From the sequence record NC_054903.1: DNA of 64,000 nt; one strand, 5' to 3'. This document shows, one piece after another, positions 17,759-27,851 of this stretch. Below the pieces are notes generated by a model that was not told the origin of the DNA, made no database searches, and worked only from the letters and a program-made list of their open reading frames with translations. A program made the translations under genes and the position numbers. This DNA is from Enterobacteria phage GiZh. The number at the start of each line of letters is the position of its first letter. The stretch's first letter is position 1.

Positions 17759-18052
17759 TTACCATTTATGATAATACATATTTACGATGCATTCAAGACC
17801 CAAAGGATTCTTGAAAATATCATATTCAAGAGGACCTTTTTCTGTTTCAATAAAGAAATCAAAATTTACTGTATTAAATTTACGGTCTTCCTTTACTAAT
17901 TTAACTTGTGAAGATGAACGGTCAATGTAAACCTTTTCAACTTCAAAATATGTTAAAATGCCATAATCATCAATCAAGGCTTTAGCCGCGTCTTGATCAT
18001 ATTTATATCCATTTTCAATGGACGATACTTTCGCATAAAGAATCATTATCAA
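17759..18052 (-). CDS. hypothetical protein
   Basis: 97 aa ORF in track. Confidence 0.5.
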   Translation of the reverse strand: MIMILYAKVSSIENGYKYDQDAAKALIDDYGILTYFEVEKVYIDRSSSQVKLVKEDRKFNTVNFDFFIETEKGPLEYDIFKNPLGLECIVNMYYHKW

Positions 18053-18468
18053 CCTTCATCAACAATAGTATGCGTATTGGCATTTACAATTTGCCACCAA
18101 TCAAAGCGATTGGAACCATAATCTGGTTTGTTTTCATTTTCTTTGATAATGTCACGGAGTTCATCTTCAGTGGCGGCTTTCGCGATTAAATCAGCATATC
18201 CACCACGAGGATAATAATTATCACCTGCAAAAAGTAAAAAGTTTGGTTTAATGTTATTGAACTCTTCAAGAGTAATAACCTTTCCTGACGGTTGAACAAT
18301 CTCTACATATTTATATCCCAATTTTTGAGCAGCATCTACTGCTTCAAGCAAAGTATCATGAGCCCATCCAATTTGACAACCTGGCTTTTCAGATGGATTA
18401 GCCTGATAATCCGCATACACTTTGTACATTCTATTCACCTTTAGAAATTTTATCCATAACGATAGCAA
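18049..18468 (-). CDS. hypothetical protein
   Basis: 139 aa ORF; 4-nt overlap with downstream ORF. Confidence 0.5.
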   Translation of the reverse strand: MLSLWIKFLKVNRMYKVYADYQANPSEKPGCQIGWAHDTLLEAVDAAQKLGYKYVEIVQPSGKVITLEEFNNIKPNFLLFAGDNYYPRGGYADLIAKAATEDELRDIIKENENKPDYGSNRFDWWQIVNANTHTIVDEG

Positions 18469-18616
18469 TTAAACCAATTAAAAATGCTACTACAAGTGAA
18501 AACACATTTTCTGCTGTAGTCAATAATCCGCATATAAATCCAACAAACATTGAAAAACTAAAAGCAGAAGCAGAAATTGCAATAGCAACATTTCGAATTA
18601 ATTCACAACGTTTCAT
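18431..18616 (-). CDS. small membrane protein
   Basis: 61 aa hydrophobic ORF downstream of promoter/stem-loop at 18630-18680. Confidence 0.4.
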   Translation of the reverse strand: MKRCELIRNVAIAISASAFSFSMFVGFICGLLTTAENVFSLVVAFLIGLIAIVMDKISKGE

Positions 18617-18629
18617 TTTATTCTCCTCG

Positions 18630-18680
18630 GTAGTTGATAGGGTAATAGTATCACTACCCTATCTAAAAGTAAACTTATTT
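18630..18680 (-). promoter_or_regulatory. early-promoter/stem-loop cassette (PeSL-like)
   Basis: Core TAATAGTATCACTAC flanked by inverted repeat gataggg/ccctatc; gtaaac 18669-18674. Confidence 0.5.
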
Positions 18681-18908
18681 TTTACGAAAAATTGATTTAT
18701 TTTCTGCTGCCCATTTTTCAATAACTGCAGCAGGACCAGTAACAACAATTTTATCACCGTAATCTTCTGCGGCGAGTTGACCGAAATTATCTAATGCATC
18801 ACGAAGAACTCCATGAGGCATTTCACCCATTTTATCTTTCTTGCCGGTGTAAATAAACTCAACTTTTACATCAGAAGATTCAGCGATAAACTCTTTGAAA
18901 GTTTTCAT
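18675..18908 (-). CDS. internal-protein-like (capsid-targeting leader)
   Basis: Start placed at MKTFKEFIAE then SSDV (track ORF extends to 18974); about 77 aa. Confidence 0.6.
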   Translation of the reverse strand: MKTFKEFIAESSDVKVEFIYTGKKDKMGEMPHGVLRDALDNFGQLAAEDYGDKIVVTGPAAVIEKWAAENKSIFRKK

Positions 18909-18934
18909 TTTGATTTCCATTTGGTTTTGTTTTG

Positions 18935-18990
18935 ATAGAGTAATAGTATCACTACTAAAACCCTGTGTAAACAACTTTGTGAAATTATTT
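18935..18990 (-). promoter_or_regulatory. early-promoter cassette (PeSL-like)
   Basis: Same core; gtaaacaactttgtgaaattattttaaa shared with copy at 19262. Confidence 0.5.
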
Positions 18991-19242
18991 TAAATCTTCT
19001 AATCGTTTCTTCATCTTAGAACCATTTTTAGCAATTTCTCCTGCATCTGAGCATAATGCTAAAAGCGCTTTAACTTTAGTTTGGTCTCCTTTAAAAGATG
19101 AAGGATCGACTGCAGCAGCAAGTTCTTTAATACGAGAGAAAAGACGCTCAGCTTCAGCTAAAGCCATTCCAAGCTTTACTTCCATACCGTGGGAAGATTC
19201 GGTGATAGTAGTTTTTGTAGCAAACTCTTTGAAAGTTTTCAT
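18985..19242 (-). CDS. internal-protein-like (capsid-targeting leader)
   Basis: 85 aa; MKTFKEFATKTTITE then SSHG; AGGA upstream of ATG. Confidence 0.65.
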   Translation of the reverse strand: MKTFKEFATKTTITESSHGMEVKLGMALAEAERLFSRIKELAAAVDPSSFKGDQTKVKALLALCSDAGEIAKNGSKMKKRLEDLK

Positions 19243-19261
19243 TTTATTTTCCTAATTAATT

Positions 19262-20011
<750 letters not shown>

Positions 20012-20012
<1 letters not shown>

Positions 20013-20725
20013 TATAGTACCTTTAGTGTATTTTTAATTTTAGAAAAAAGTTCTTCAAGAGAACCATCGTTTGTAATTACTAAATCGCCATCACGAATTG
20101 GCAATCCAGCTTCTGTAATATGAGTATCATTGGATTTTTGACCAGGACGAACTACATGAATTACTGTAGCACCCATCTCCCTAGCCGCATCCATTTCATG
20201 ATCTTGACGAGTATCAGGAACGATATAATAATCATAACCTGAGTTAAATTTATCAAGATAATCTAAAGCAAATAATTTTACCCAATACATGCGGTCGAAG
20301 TTATTAACAATCAAATCCGTACCTAGGGCTTGCATCAGACGACGGACTGACCATTGATCTTCAATATTATTTATAACGTCAGCAATCTTATTAAATGCTA
20401 CGAAATTAACTGCGTCATCAAAAACAAACACACCTTTAATTGGGCTTTTACTATTAAGATAGCAAAATGCTTGTTCCATAATCGTAATTACTTCTAATTT
20501 AGTCAGATTTAAATTAGTCTCACGATCATAGTCAATTCCTTCAAACTCTTTACGAGTTAAGCAAGGATAGTCAGTGTTTTCTGCAAATACGCCCCATGCA
20601 TAAGCTAATGCATCTTTAATAGGACCAGCAAGTTGATATTTAACTGCAGAATAATTATTCATGATAAAATCTGCAGTAGTATCTTTTCCACTACGCTTTA
20701 CACCGCTTAAAAAGATTAGTTTCAT
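20012..20725 (-). CDS. 1: deoxynucleoside monophosphate kinase
   Basis: Start at MKLIFLSGVKRSGKDTTADF (P-loop); track ORF extends 13 codons further upstream. Confidence 0.9.
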
Positions 20726-20734
20726 GTGTTTCTC

Positions 20735-20785
20735 CTCAAATTTAATTAAGATTATAACACACAAAACTGAAGCATTAAACTTCTG
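20735..20785 (-). promoter_or_regulatory. sigma70-like promoter upstream of gene 1
   Basis: Minus sense GTTTAA, about 16 nt, TGTTATAAT extended -10. Confidence 0.4.
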
Positions 20786-21305
20786 CTATAATTTTACCAT
20801 CTTTTTCTACTTGAAAATAGGTGTAAGGAATCGTTGCAGTACATACTAAAGCCGGGTCTGAATCTTCTGTGTAGCTAAATTCTACTTCAGACAGGTCAGA
20901 AACCCAAGGCTTATAAAAATTTATTGACATCACGATTTCAGTTTTGCTATTATCTAAGATGTAAAGCGTAATGTATTCAGGACCTGTTTTTTGAGCAGTA
21001 TTTTCACCTGTAAGATAGTTGCTAGTTCCTAGCATCCATTCATACATTCCTATCCACGACTTAAGTTCTTCATCAACTATAAATCTCACAATGAGTGGAT
21101 CATACTCGAATGTAACACCTGGACGTTGTGCTCGGCCCAGTCCAAACGGCCCAGTCACGGTATCAGTAACAGGTATTCTAATTCCTGGAATAGGAACTGA
21201 CTGAGCATTTAAAGTAAAAGCAGATGTAGTATTACTATGTGGTATTGATACTACAAAGTTAGTTGTATTTGCTTGGTTAAAAATTTGTTGCAGAGCTTGC
21301 GACAT
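20775..21305 (-). CDS. 3: tail completion / sheath stabiliser protein gp3
   Basis: Start at MSQALQQIF gives 176 aa as for T4 gp3; position between genes 1 and 2. Confidence 0.75.
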   Translation of the reverse strand: MSQALQQIFNQANTTNFVVSIPHSNTTSAFTLNAQSVPIPGIRIPVTDTVTGPFGLGRAQRPGVTFEYDPLIVRFIVDEELKSWIGMYEWMLGTSNYLTGENTAQKTGPEYITLYILDNSKTEIVMSINFYKPWVSDLSEVEFSYTEDSDPALVCTATIPYTYFQVEKDGKIIAEV

Positions 21306-21411
21306 ATATTCCTCATAATGCTTTATAACTGTTGGTGGTATAATGGGTCTAAGTCCCTTCCATTCAATTCCATTTAGAACAAACAACAGAAAAGAATGGA
21401 AGATAATAGAA

Positions 21412-22236
21412 TTAGATATTTGACCAGACTTTGTTTGCAGAGAAACGTTTTCCTTTTGAAACGAACTGCTGAAGTGGCATCAACACAACGTTCGCCCAAT
21501 CTTTCGGGGCGATTTCAACAAGGCTACCCATAATATTACCAGGTATATATGCCTTAATCATTTGGTCTGCACCCCTAAATCCTTTCACTTGACTCCAATC
21601 AATTTTTAATTTCGTTTTATTAGTAATAGTAGGTGTATTTGAATATTGCTTTAAAAGCTCTTCTAGAAATTGCTGACGAGCTTTAGGTGGAATATAGTGC
21701 AAGTTTAATCCGTACATTAAATTATGCTTACCTAAACCAAGGTAAATTATCAAAGGAAATTTATCCCAGTAAGGAAGAGTTTCCTTGTGTTTAGCATCAT
21801 AAGCAAAAGCATATATTCGTCCCGGCTGCGGGCGAACAACTTTATGTCCTTTTACTTGCTTAATAGTTTCAGCAAACCACTTTCTGGTTTTATTATTAAT
21901 TGCTGCGCCTTCATTACGAATTTTATCACGCAATGTTTGCCTGAATGAATTTATCATAAGCAGTTGTCTTTCTTGCTTATTGAGTTTATTCATTGGTTTT
22001 GATTCAAGCTTTTGAATCTTTTCAGCCGTTTTAATTCCTGAAGCATATTTTGACATTGCCGAAGTAAACGTAGAGTATTTGATTCCTCTTTCTTCAGCAA
22101 ATTGTTTTCCTGTCATTCCTTTTGCTTTGGCCTTTTTATATTCAAGACCTATTTGAATCCATTTCTTTTCGTTTAATGATTGCTTAACCTTTGGAACTTG
22201 GGGAGTGCTTTCATTAATTATTTGAAAAATAGCCAT
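21412..22236 (-). CDS. 2: DNA end protector protein gp2
   Basis: 274 aa, basic; length and position match T4 gp2. Confidence 0.85.
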   Translation of the reverse strand: MAIFQIINESTPQVPKVKQSLNEKKWIQIGLEYKKAKAKGMTGKQFAEERGIKYSTFTSAMSKYASGIKTAEKIQKLESKPMNKLNKQERQLLMINSFRQTLRDKIRNEGAAINNKTRKWFAETIKQVKGHKVVRPQPGRIYAFAYDAKHKETLPYWDKFPLIIYLGLGKHNLMYGLNLHYIPPKARQQFLEELLKQYSNTPTITNKTKLKIDWSQVKGFRGADQMIKAYIPGNIMGSLVEIAPKDWANVVLMPLQQFVSKGKRFSANKVWSNI

Positions 22237-22688
22237 TATGCCCCCTTAAAGCCAAGAGCTCGTAATCCATCTTCTGTTAGAATTCTAAATTTTATTCCAC
22301 GCTTTTCAGCTAAAGACTGTGCTGCTTTCCATTTGTCAGTATTAACAGAATATGTATAAATTTCATTCATAAATCTTTTCTTCGCTGCGGTTGTTAGATG
22401 TGCTGGTTTAACTGGTGGTTGTGTTTCTTTTTTAGGTTTTATTTCAATAAAAAATTCTTGTCCAGAAGAATCTTTCATCCAAATATCCATGAAGTATCTA
22501 CGTTTTTTCCCTTCTGCATTACAAAAATAAGGAATTACTGCTGTTTCACTACCCCATGCAATAATTTCTGGATTTTTATCTAACCATTCAAAAAAGAATT
22601 TTTCCCAATTTGATCTATACGTAATTTTTTTAGGGTCACCTCTATACTTTGATATATTTTTAGGAACCCATTTTCCAGAATATGCCAT
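22236..22688 (-). CDS. 4: head completion protein gp4
   Basis: 150 aa; ATGA overlap with gene 2; length and position match T4 gp4. Confidence 0.85.
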   Translation of the reverse strand: MAYSGKWVPKNISKYRGDPKKITYRSNWEKFFFEWLDKNPEIIAWGSETAVIPYFCNAEGKKRRYFMDIWMKDSSGQEFFIEIKPKKETQPPVKPAHLTTAAKKRFMNEIYTYSVNTDKWKAAQSLAEKRGIKFRILTEDGLRALGFKGA

Positions 22689-22699
22689 TGGATTCTCCT

Positions 22700-22707
22700 T
22701 ATAAATA
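22700..22707 (+). promoter_or_regulatory. late promoter (TATAAATA) for gene 53
   Basis: TATAAATA 29 nt upstream of ATG at 22736. Confidence 0.65.
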
Positions 22708-22714
22708 GATAATA

Positions 22715-22722
22715 TATTTATA
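22715..22722 (-). promoter_or_regulatory. late promoter (TATAAATA) for gene 4 operon
   Basis: Minus-strand TATAAATA in the divergent region. Confidence 0.55.
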
Positions 22723-22735
22723 AACAGGAGGGCCC

Positions 22736-23326
22736 ATGCTCTTTACATTTTTTGATCCGATTGAATATGCGGCCAAAACGGTGAATAAAAACGCGCCGAC
22801 TATTCCTATGACAGATATTTTTAGAAACTATAAAGACTATTTTAAACGCGCTCTTGCGGGATACCGCTTACGTACTTATTATATTAAAGGTTCACCACGC
22901 CCGGAAGAATTAGCAAATGCTATATATGGAAATCCACAGCTGTATTGGGTTTTATTGATGTGTAATGATAATTATGATCCGTATTATGGATGGATTACTT
23001 CGCAAGAAGCTGCTTATCAAGCATCTATACAAAAATACAAAAACGTAGGTGGAGACCAAATAGTATATCATGTGAATGAAAACGGTGAAAAATTTTATAA
23101 TTTAGTATCATATGATGATAATCCATATGTTTGGTATGATAAAGGCGATAAAGCTAAAAAATATCCTCAATATGAAGGAGCGCTTGCTGCGGTCGATACG
23201 TATGAAGCTGCTGTTCTTGAAAATGAAAAACTTCGTCAAATAAAAATAATAGCAAAATCAGACATCAATTCATTTATGAACGACCTTATACGTATAATGG
23301 AGAAATCTTATGGAAATGATAAGTAA
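22736..23326 (+). CDS. 53: baseplate wedge protein gp53
   Basis: 196 aa; first plus-strand late gene after a divergent late-promoter region. Confidence 0.85.
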   Translation: MLFTFFDPIEYAAKTVNKNAPTIPMTDIFRNYKDYFKRALAGYRLRTYYIKGSPRPEELANAIYGNPQLYWVLLMCNDNYDPYYGWITSQEAAYQASIQKYKNVGGDQIVYHVNENGEKFYNLVSYDDNPYVWYDKGDKAKKYPQYEGALAAVDTYEAAVLENEKLRQIKIIAKSDINSFMNDLIRIMEKSYGNDK

Positions 23327-25037
23327 TAACCTCAATTGGTTTGTTGGTGTTGTTGAAGATAGAATGGACCCATTAAAATTAGGTCGTGTTCGTGTTCGTG
23401 TTGTTGGTCTGCATCCACCTCAAAGAGCACAAGGTGATGTAATGGGTATTCCAACTGAAAAATTACCATGGATGTCAGTTATTCAACCTATAACTTCTGC
23501 AGCAATGTCAGGAATTGGAGGCTCCGTTACTGGTCCGGTAGAAGGAACTAGAGTTTATGGTCATTTTTTAGACAAATGGAAAACTAACGGAATTGTCCTT
23601 GGCACGTATGGTGGAATAGTTCGCGAAAAACCGAATAGACTTGAAGGATTTTCTGACCCAACTGGGCAGTATCCTAGACGTTTAGGAAATGATACGAACG
23701 TATTAAACCAAGGCGGAGAAGTAGGATATGATTCGTCTTCTAATATTATCCAAGATAGCAATCTAGATACTGCGATAAATCCCGATGATAGACCGCTATC
23801 AGAAATTCCAACTGATGATAATCCAAATATGTCAATGGCTGAAATGCTTCGCCGTGATGAAGGATTAAGACTAAAAGTTTATTGGGATACTGAAGGATAT
23901 CCGACAATTGGTATTGGTCATCTTATCATGAAGCAGCCAGTTCGTGATATGACTCAAATTAATAAAGTTTTATCAAAACAAGTTGGTCGTGAAATTACCG
24001 GAAATCCAGGTTCTATTACAATGGAAGAAGCGGTAGCTTTATTTGAACGTGATTTGGCTGATATGCAACGTGACATTAAATCACATTCTAAAGTTGGCCC
24101 AGTTTGGCAAGCAGTTAATCGTTCTCGTCAAATGGCATTAGAAAATATGGCATTTCAGATGGGTGTTGGCGGTGTAGCTAAATTTAACACAATGTTAACT
24201 GCTATGTTAGCCGGAGATTGGGAAAAGGCATATAAAGCTGGTCGTGATTCATTGTGGTATCAACAAACAAAAGGCCGTGCATCCCGTGTTACCATGATTA
24301 TTCTTACGGGAAATTTAGAATCATATGGCGTTGAAGTGAAAACCCCAGCTAGGTCTCTATCAGCAATGGCTGCTACTGTAGCTAAATCTTCTGACCCTGC
24401 TGACCCTCCTATTCCAAATGACTCGAGAATTTTATTCAAAGAACCAGTTTCTTCATATAAAGGTGAATATCCTTATGTGCATACAATGGAAACTGAAAGT
24501 GGACATATTCAGGAATTTGATGATACCCCTGGGCAAGAACGATATAGATTAGTTCATCCAACTGGGACTTATGAAGAAGTATCACCGTCAGGGAGAAGAA
24601 CAAGAAAAACTGTTGATAATTTGTATGATATAACCAACGCTGATGGTAATTTTTTGGTAGCTGGCGATAAAAAGACTAACGTCGGTGGGTCAGAAATTTA
24701 TTACAACATGGATAATCGTCTCCACCAAATAGATGGAAGCAATACAATATTTGTGCGTGGCGATGAAACTAAGACGGTTGAAGGTAATGGAACTATCCTA
24801 GTTAAAGGTAATGTTACTATTGTAGTTGAAGGTAATGCTGACATTACAGTTAAAGGAGATGCTACCACTTTAGTTGAAGGAAATCAGACTAATACAGTAA
24901 ATGGAAATCTTTCTTGGAAAGTTGCTGGGACAGTTGATTGGGACGTTGGTGGTGATTGGACAGAAAAAATGGCATCTATGAGTTCTATTTCATCTGGTCA
25001 ATACACAATTGATGGATCGAGGATTGACATTGGCTAA
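23310..25037 (+). CDS. 5: baseplate hub / tail lysozyme gp5
   Basis: 575 aa; internal lysozyme domain EMLRRDEGLRLKVYWDTEGYPTIGIGHLI; C-terminal VxGxxxxx repeats. Confidence 0.95.
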   Translation: MEMISNNLNWFVGVVEDRMDPLKLGRVRVRVVGLHPPQRAQGDVMGIPTEKLPWMSVIQPITSAAMSGIGGSVTGPVEGTRVYGHFLDKWKTNGIVLGTYGGIVREKPNRLEGFSDPTGQYPRRLGNDTNVLNQGGEVGYDSSSNIIQDSNLDTAINPDDRPLSEIPTDDNPNMSMAEMLRRDEGLRLKVYWDTEGYPTIGIGHLIMKQPVRDMTQINKVLSKQVGREITGNPGSITMEEAVALFERDLADMQRDIKSHSKVGPVWQAVNRSRQMALENMAFQMGVGGVAKFNTMLTAMLAGDWEKAYKAGRDSLWYQQTKGRASRVTMIILTGNLESYGVEVKTPARSLSAMAATVAKSSDPADPPIPNDSRILFKEPVSSYKGEYPYVHTMETESGHIQEFDDTPGQERYRLVHPTGTYEEVSPSGRRTRKTVDNLYDITNADGNFLVAGDKKTNVGGSEIYYNMDNRLHQIDGSNTIFVRGDETKTVEGNGTILVKGNVTIVVEGNADITVKGDATTLVEGNQTNTVNGNLSWKVAGTVDWDVGGDWTEKMASMSSISSGQYTIDGSRIDIG

Positions 25038-25566
25038 TATACTTCCAATGAGCGCTGATTTAGGAGAATCCATGGAAGGTTCTTCTATCGACGTCACCTT
25101 TACCGCTCAATTAGAAACAGGTGAAACGTTAGTATCTATAAATATAACTAGTTACGAAGAAACTCCTGGGGTTTTAGTAGAAGAAAATCGCTTATACGGA
25201 ACGTATGAATCTGTATTTGGTTTTGGAAATGACGCGTTGAAATATCGTTTAGGTGATGAATTTAAAACTGCTGCTTCATGGGAAGAACTTCCTACTGATT
25301 CTGACACTCAGTTGTATTTGTGGAAAGCTCCTCAAAATCTCCAGAAGACATTCACTTACGAAGTAACATTAATATATGACTACCAAGAACAAAGTGAATC
25401 TGGAGGTTCTGGCAGTAATTCTAGGTCATCTTCTGATACTACTGAACCGACGGATCCTCCTGCTCCAGTAAGAAAAACTCTAGTTAAAAATTACACAAAA
25501 ACTATAGTTGGAAATTGGAGTCGTTGGGCTAATAAACTGAGAAGCTATGTATATGAGAGGCCATAA
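25009..25566 (+). CDS. hypothetical protein (T4 5.1 position)
   Basis: 185 aa ORF overlapping gp5 3' end; true start may be internal. Confidence 0.55.
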
Positions 25567-25860
25567 ATGTCAGGATTGAGTTATGATAAATGCGTTACCG
25601 CAGGTCATGAAGCGTGGCCTCCAACAGTTGTGAATGCTACACAAAGTAAAGTATTCACTGGAGGAATTGCTGTTCTCGTAGCAGGTGATCCAATTACAGA
25701 ACATACAGAAATTAAAAAGCCATATGAAACACATGGCGGAGTGACACAACCCAGAACTTCTAAGGTATATGTCACTGGAAAGAAAGCTGTTCAAATGGCT
25801 GATCCAATATCATGCGGTGATACTGTGGCTCAGGCATCATCTAAAGTATTCATTAAATAG
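25567..25860 (+). CDS. 5.4: spike-tip PAAR-like protein gp5.4
   Basis: 97 aa, position before gene 6. Confidence 0.75.
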
Positions 25861-25868
25861 GATTTAAA

Positions 25869-27851
25869 ATGGCAAATACCCCTGTAAATTATCAATTAAC
25901 AAGAACAGCAAATGCTATTCCCGAGATATTCGTCGGGGGTACGTTTGCTGAAATAAAACAAAACCTCATTGAATGGCTTAATGGCCAAAATGAATTTTTG
26001 GATTATGATTTTGAAGGCTCAAGATTAAACGTTCTGTGTGACCTTTTGGCTTATAATACGCTGTACATTCAACAGTTTGGTAATGCTGCTGTGTATGAAA
26101 GCTTTATGCGTACTGCTAACTTACGAAGTTCAGTTGTTCAAGCTGCACAAGATAACGGATATTTACCTACTTCAAAATCCGCTGCACAGACCGAAATTAT
26201 GTTAACATGCACCGACGCATTGAATAGGAATTACATTACAATTCCTCGCGGAACTCGCTTTTTAGCATATGCAAAAGATACTTCTGTTAATCCATATAAC
26301 TTCGTTTCTACCGAAGACGTTATTGCTATTCGTGATAAAAATAACCAATATTTTCCGCGTTTAAAATTGGCCCAGGGACGTATAGTAAGAACTGAAATCA
26401 TTTATGATAAATTAACACCTATTATCATTTATGACAAAAATATAGATAGAAACCAAGTTAAACTATACGTTGATGGAGCAGAATGGATTAACTGGACAAG
26501 AAAGTCAATGGTTCATGCTGGTTCTACATCAACAATTTACTACATGCGTGAAACTATTGATGGAAATACTGAGTTTTATTTTGGTGAAGGTGAGATTTCT
26601 GTTAATGCGGCAGAAGGAGCATTGACTGCTAATTATATTGGGGGTCTTAAACCTACCCAGAACTCTACGATTGTTATTGAGTACATCAGTACTAACGGCG
26701 CAGATGCGAATGGCGCAGTCGGATTTTCATATGCAGATACATTGACAAATATAACTGTCATCAACATTAATGAAAATCCAAACGATGACCCAGATTTTGT
26801 TGGGGCAGATGGCGGCGGCGATCCAGAAGATATTGAACGTATTCGCGAATTGGGTACTATTAAACGCGAAACCCAGCAACGCTGCGTAACTGCGACTGAC
26901 TATGATACATTCGTTTCAGAGAGATTTGGTTCTATTATTCAAGCAGTTCAGACGTTCACTGATTCTACTAAACCTGGTTATGCATTTATTGCTGCTAAAC
27001 CTAAATCAGGGCTATATTTAACTACTGTACAGCGCGAAGATATTAAAAATTATCTCAAAGACTATAATTTAGCTCCTATTACGCCATCAATTATTTCTCC
27101 TAATTATCTTTTTATTAAGACTAATTTAAAAGTCACATATGCTTTAAATAAGCTACAAGAATCCGAACAGTGGCTCGAAGGTCAAATAATTGATAAAATT
27201 GATCGTTATTATACCGAAGACGTAGAAATTTTTAACTCATCTTTCGCTAAATCTAAGATGTTGACATATGTAGATGATGCAGATCACTCTATCATTGGCT
27301 CATCAGCGACAATTCAAATTGTTCGTGAAGTACAAAACTTCTATAAAACGCCTGAAGCAGGTATTAAATACAATAATCAAATAAAAGATCGTTCTATGGA
27401 ATCTAATACGTTTTCATTTAATTCTGGACGAAAGGTTGTGAATCCTGATACTGGTTTAGAAGAAGATGTATTATATGACGTTCGCATAGTATCAACAGAC
27501 CGAGATTCTAAAGGAATAGGTAAAGTTATTATTGGTCCATTTGCTTCTGGCGATGTTACAGAAAATGAAAACATTCAGCCGTATACAGGCAACGATTTTA
27601 ACAAATTAGCAAATTCTGATGGACGCGACAAATACTATGTTATCGGTGAAATAAATTATCCAGCTGACATGATTTATTGGAATATCGCTAAAATTAATTT
27701 AACATCTGAAAAATTTGAAGTTCAGACTATTGAATTATATTCTGACCCAACCGATGATGTTATCTTTACTCGCGATGGTTCACTGATTGTATTTGAAAAT
27801 GACTTACGTCCACAATACTTAACTATCGATTTGGAGCCTATATCACAATGA
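25869..27851 (+). CDS. 6: baseplate wedge protein gp6
   Basis: 660 aa, matches T4 gp6 length and order. Confidence 0.9.
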   Translation: MANTPVNYQLTRTANAIPEIFVGGTFAEIKQNLIEWLNGQNEFLDYDFEGSRLNVLCDLLAYNTLYIQQFGNAAVYESFMRTANLRSSVVQAAQDNGYLPTSKSAAQTEIMLTCTDALNRNYITIPRGTRFLAYAKDTSVNPYNFVSTEDVIAIRDKNNQYFPRLKLAQGRIVRTEIIYDKLTPIIIYDKNIDRNQVKLYVDGAEWINWTRKSMVHAGSTSTIYYMRETIDGNTEFYFGEGEISVNAAEGALTANYIGGLKPTQNSTIVIEYISTNGADANGAVGFSYADTLTNITVININENPNDDPDFVGADGGGDPEDIERIRELGTIKRETQQRCVTATDYDTFVSERFGSIIQAVQTFTDSTKPGYAFIAAKPKSGLYLTTVQREDIKNYLKDYNLAPITPSIISPNYLFIKTNLKVTYALNKLQESEQWLEGQIIDKIDRYYTEDVEIFNSSFAKSKMLTYVDDADHSIIGSSATIQIVREVQNFYKTPEAGIKYNNQIKDRSMESNTFSFNSGRKVVNPDTGLEEDVLYDVRIVSTDRDSKGIGKVIIGPFASGDVTENENIQPYTGNDFNKLANSDGRDKYYVIGEINYPADMIYWNIAKINLTSEKFEVQTIELYSDPTDDVIFTRDGSLIVFENDLRPQYLTIDLEPISQ

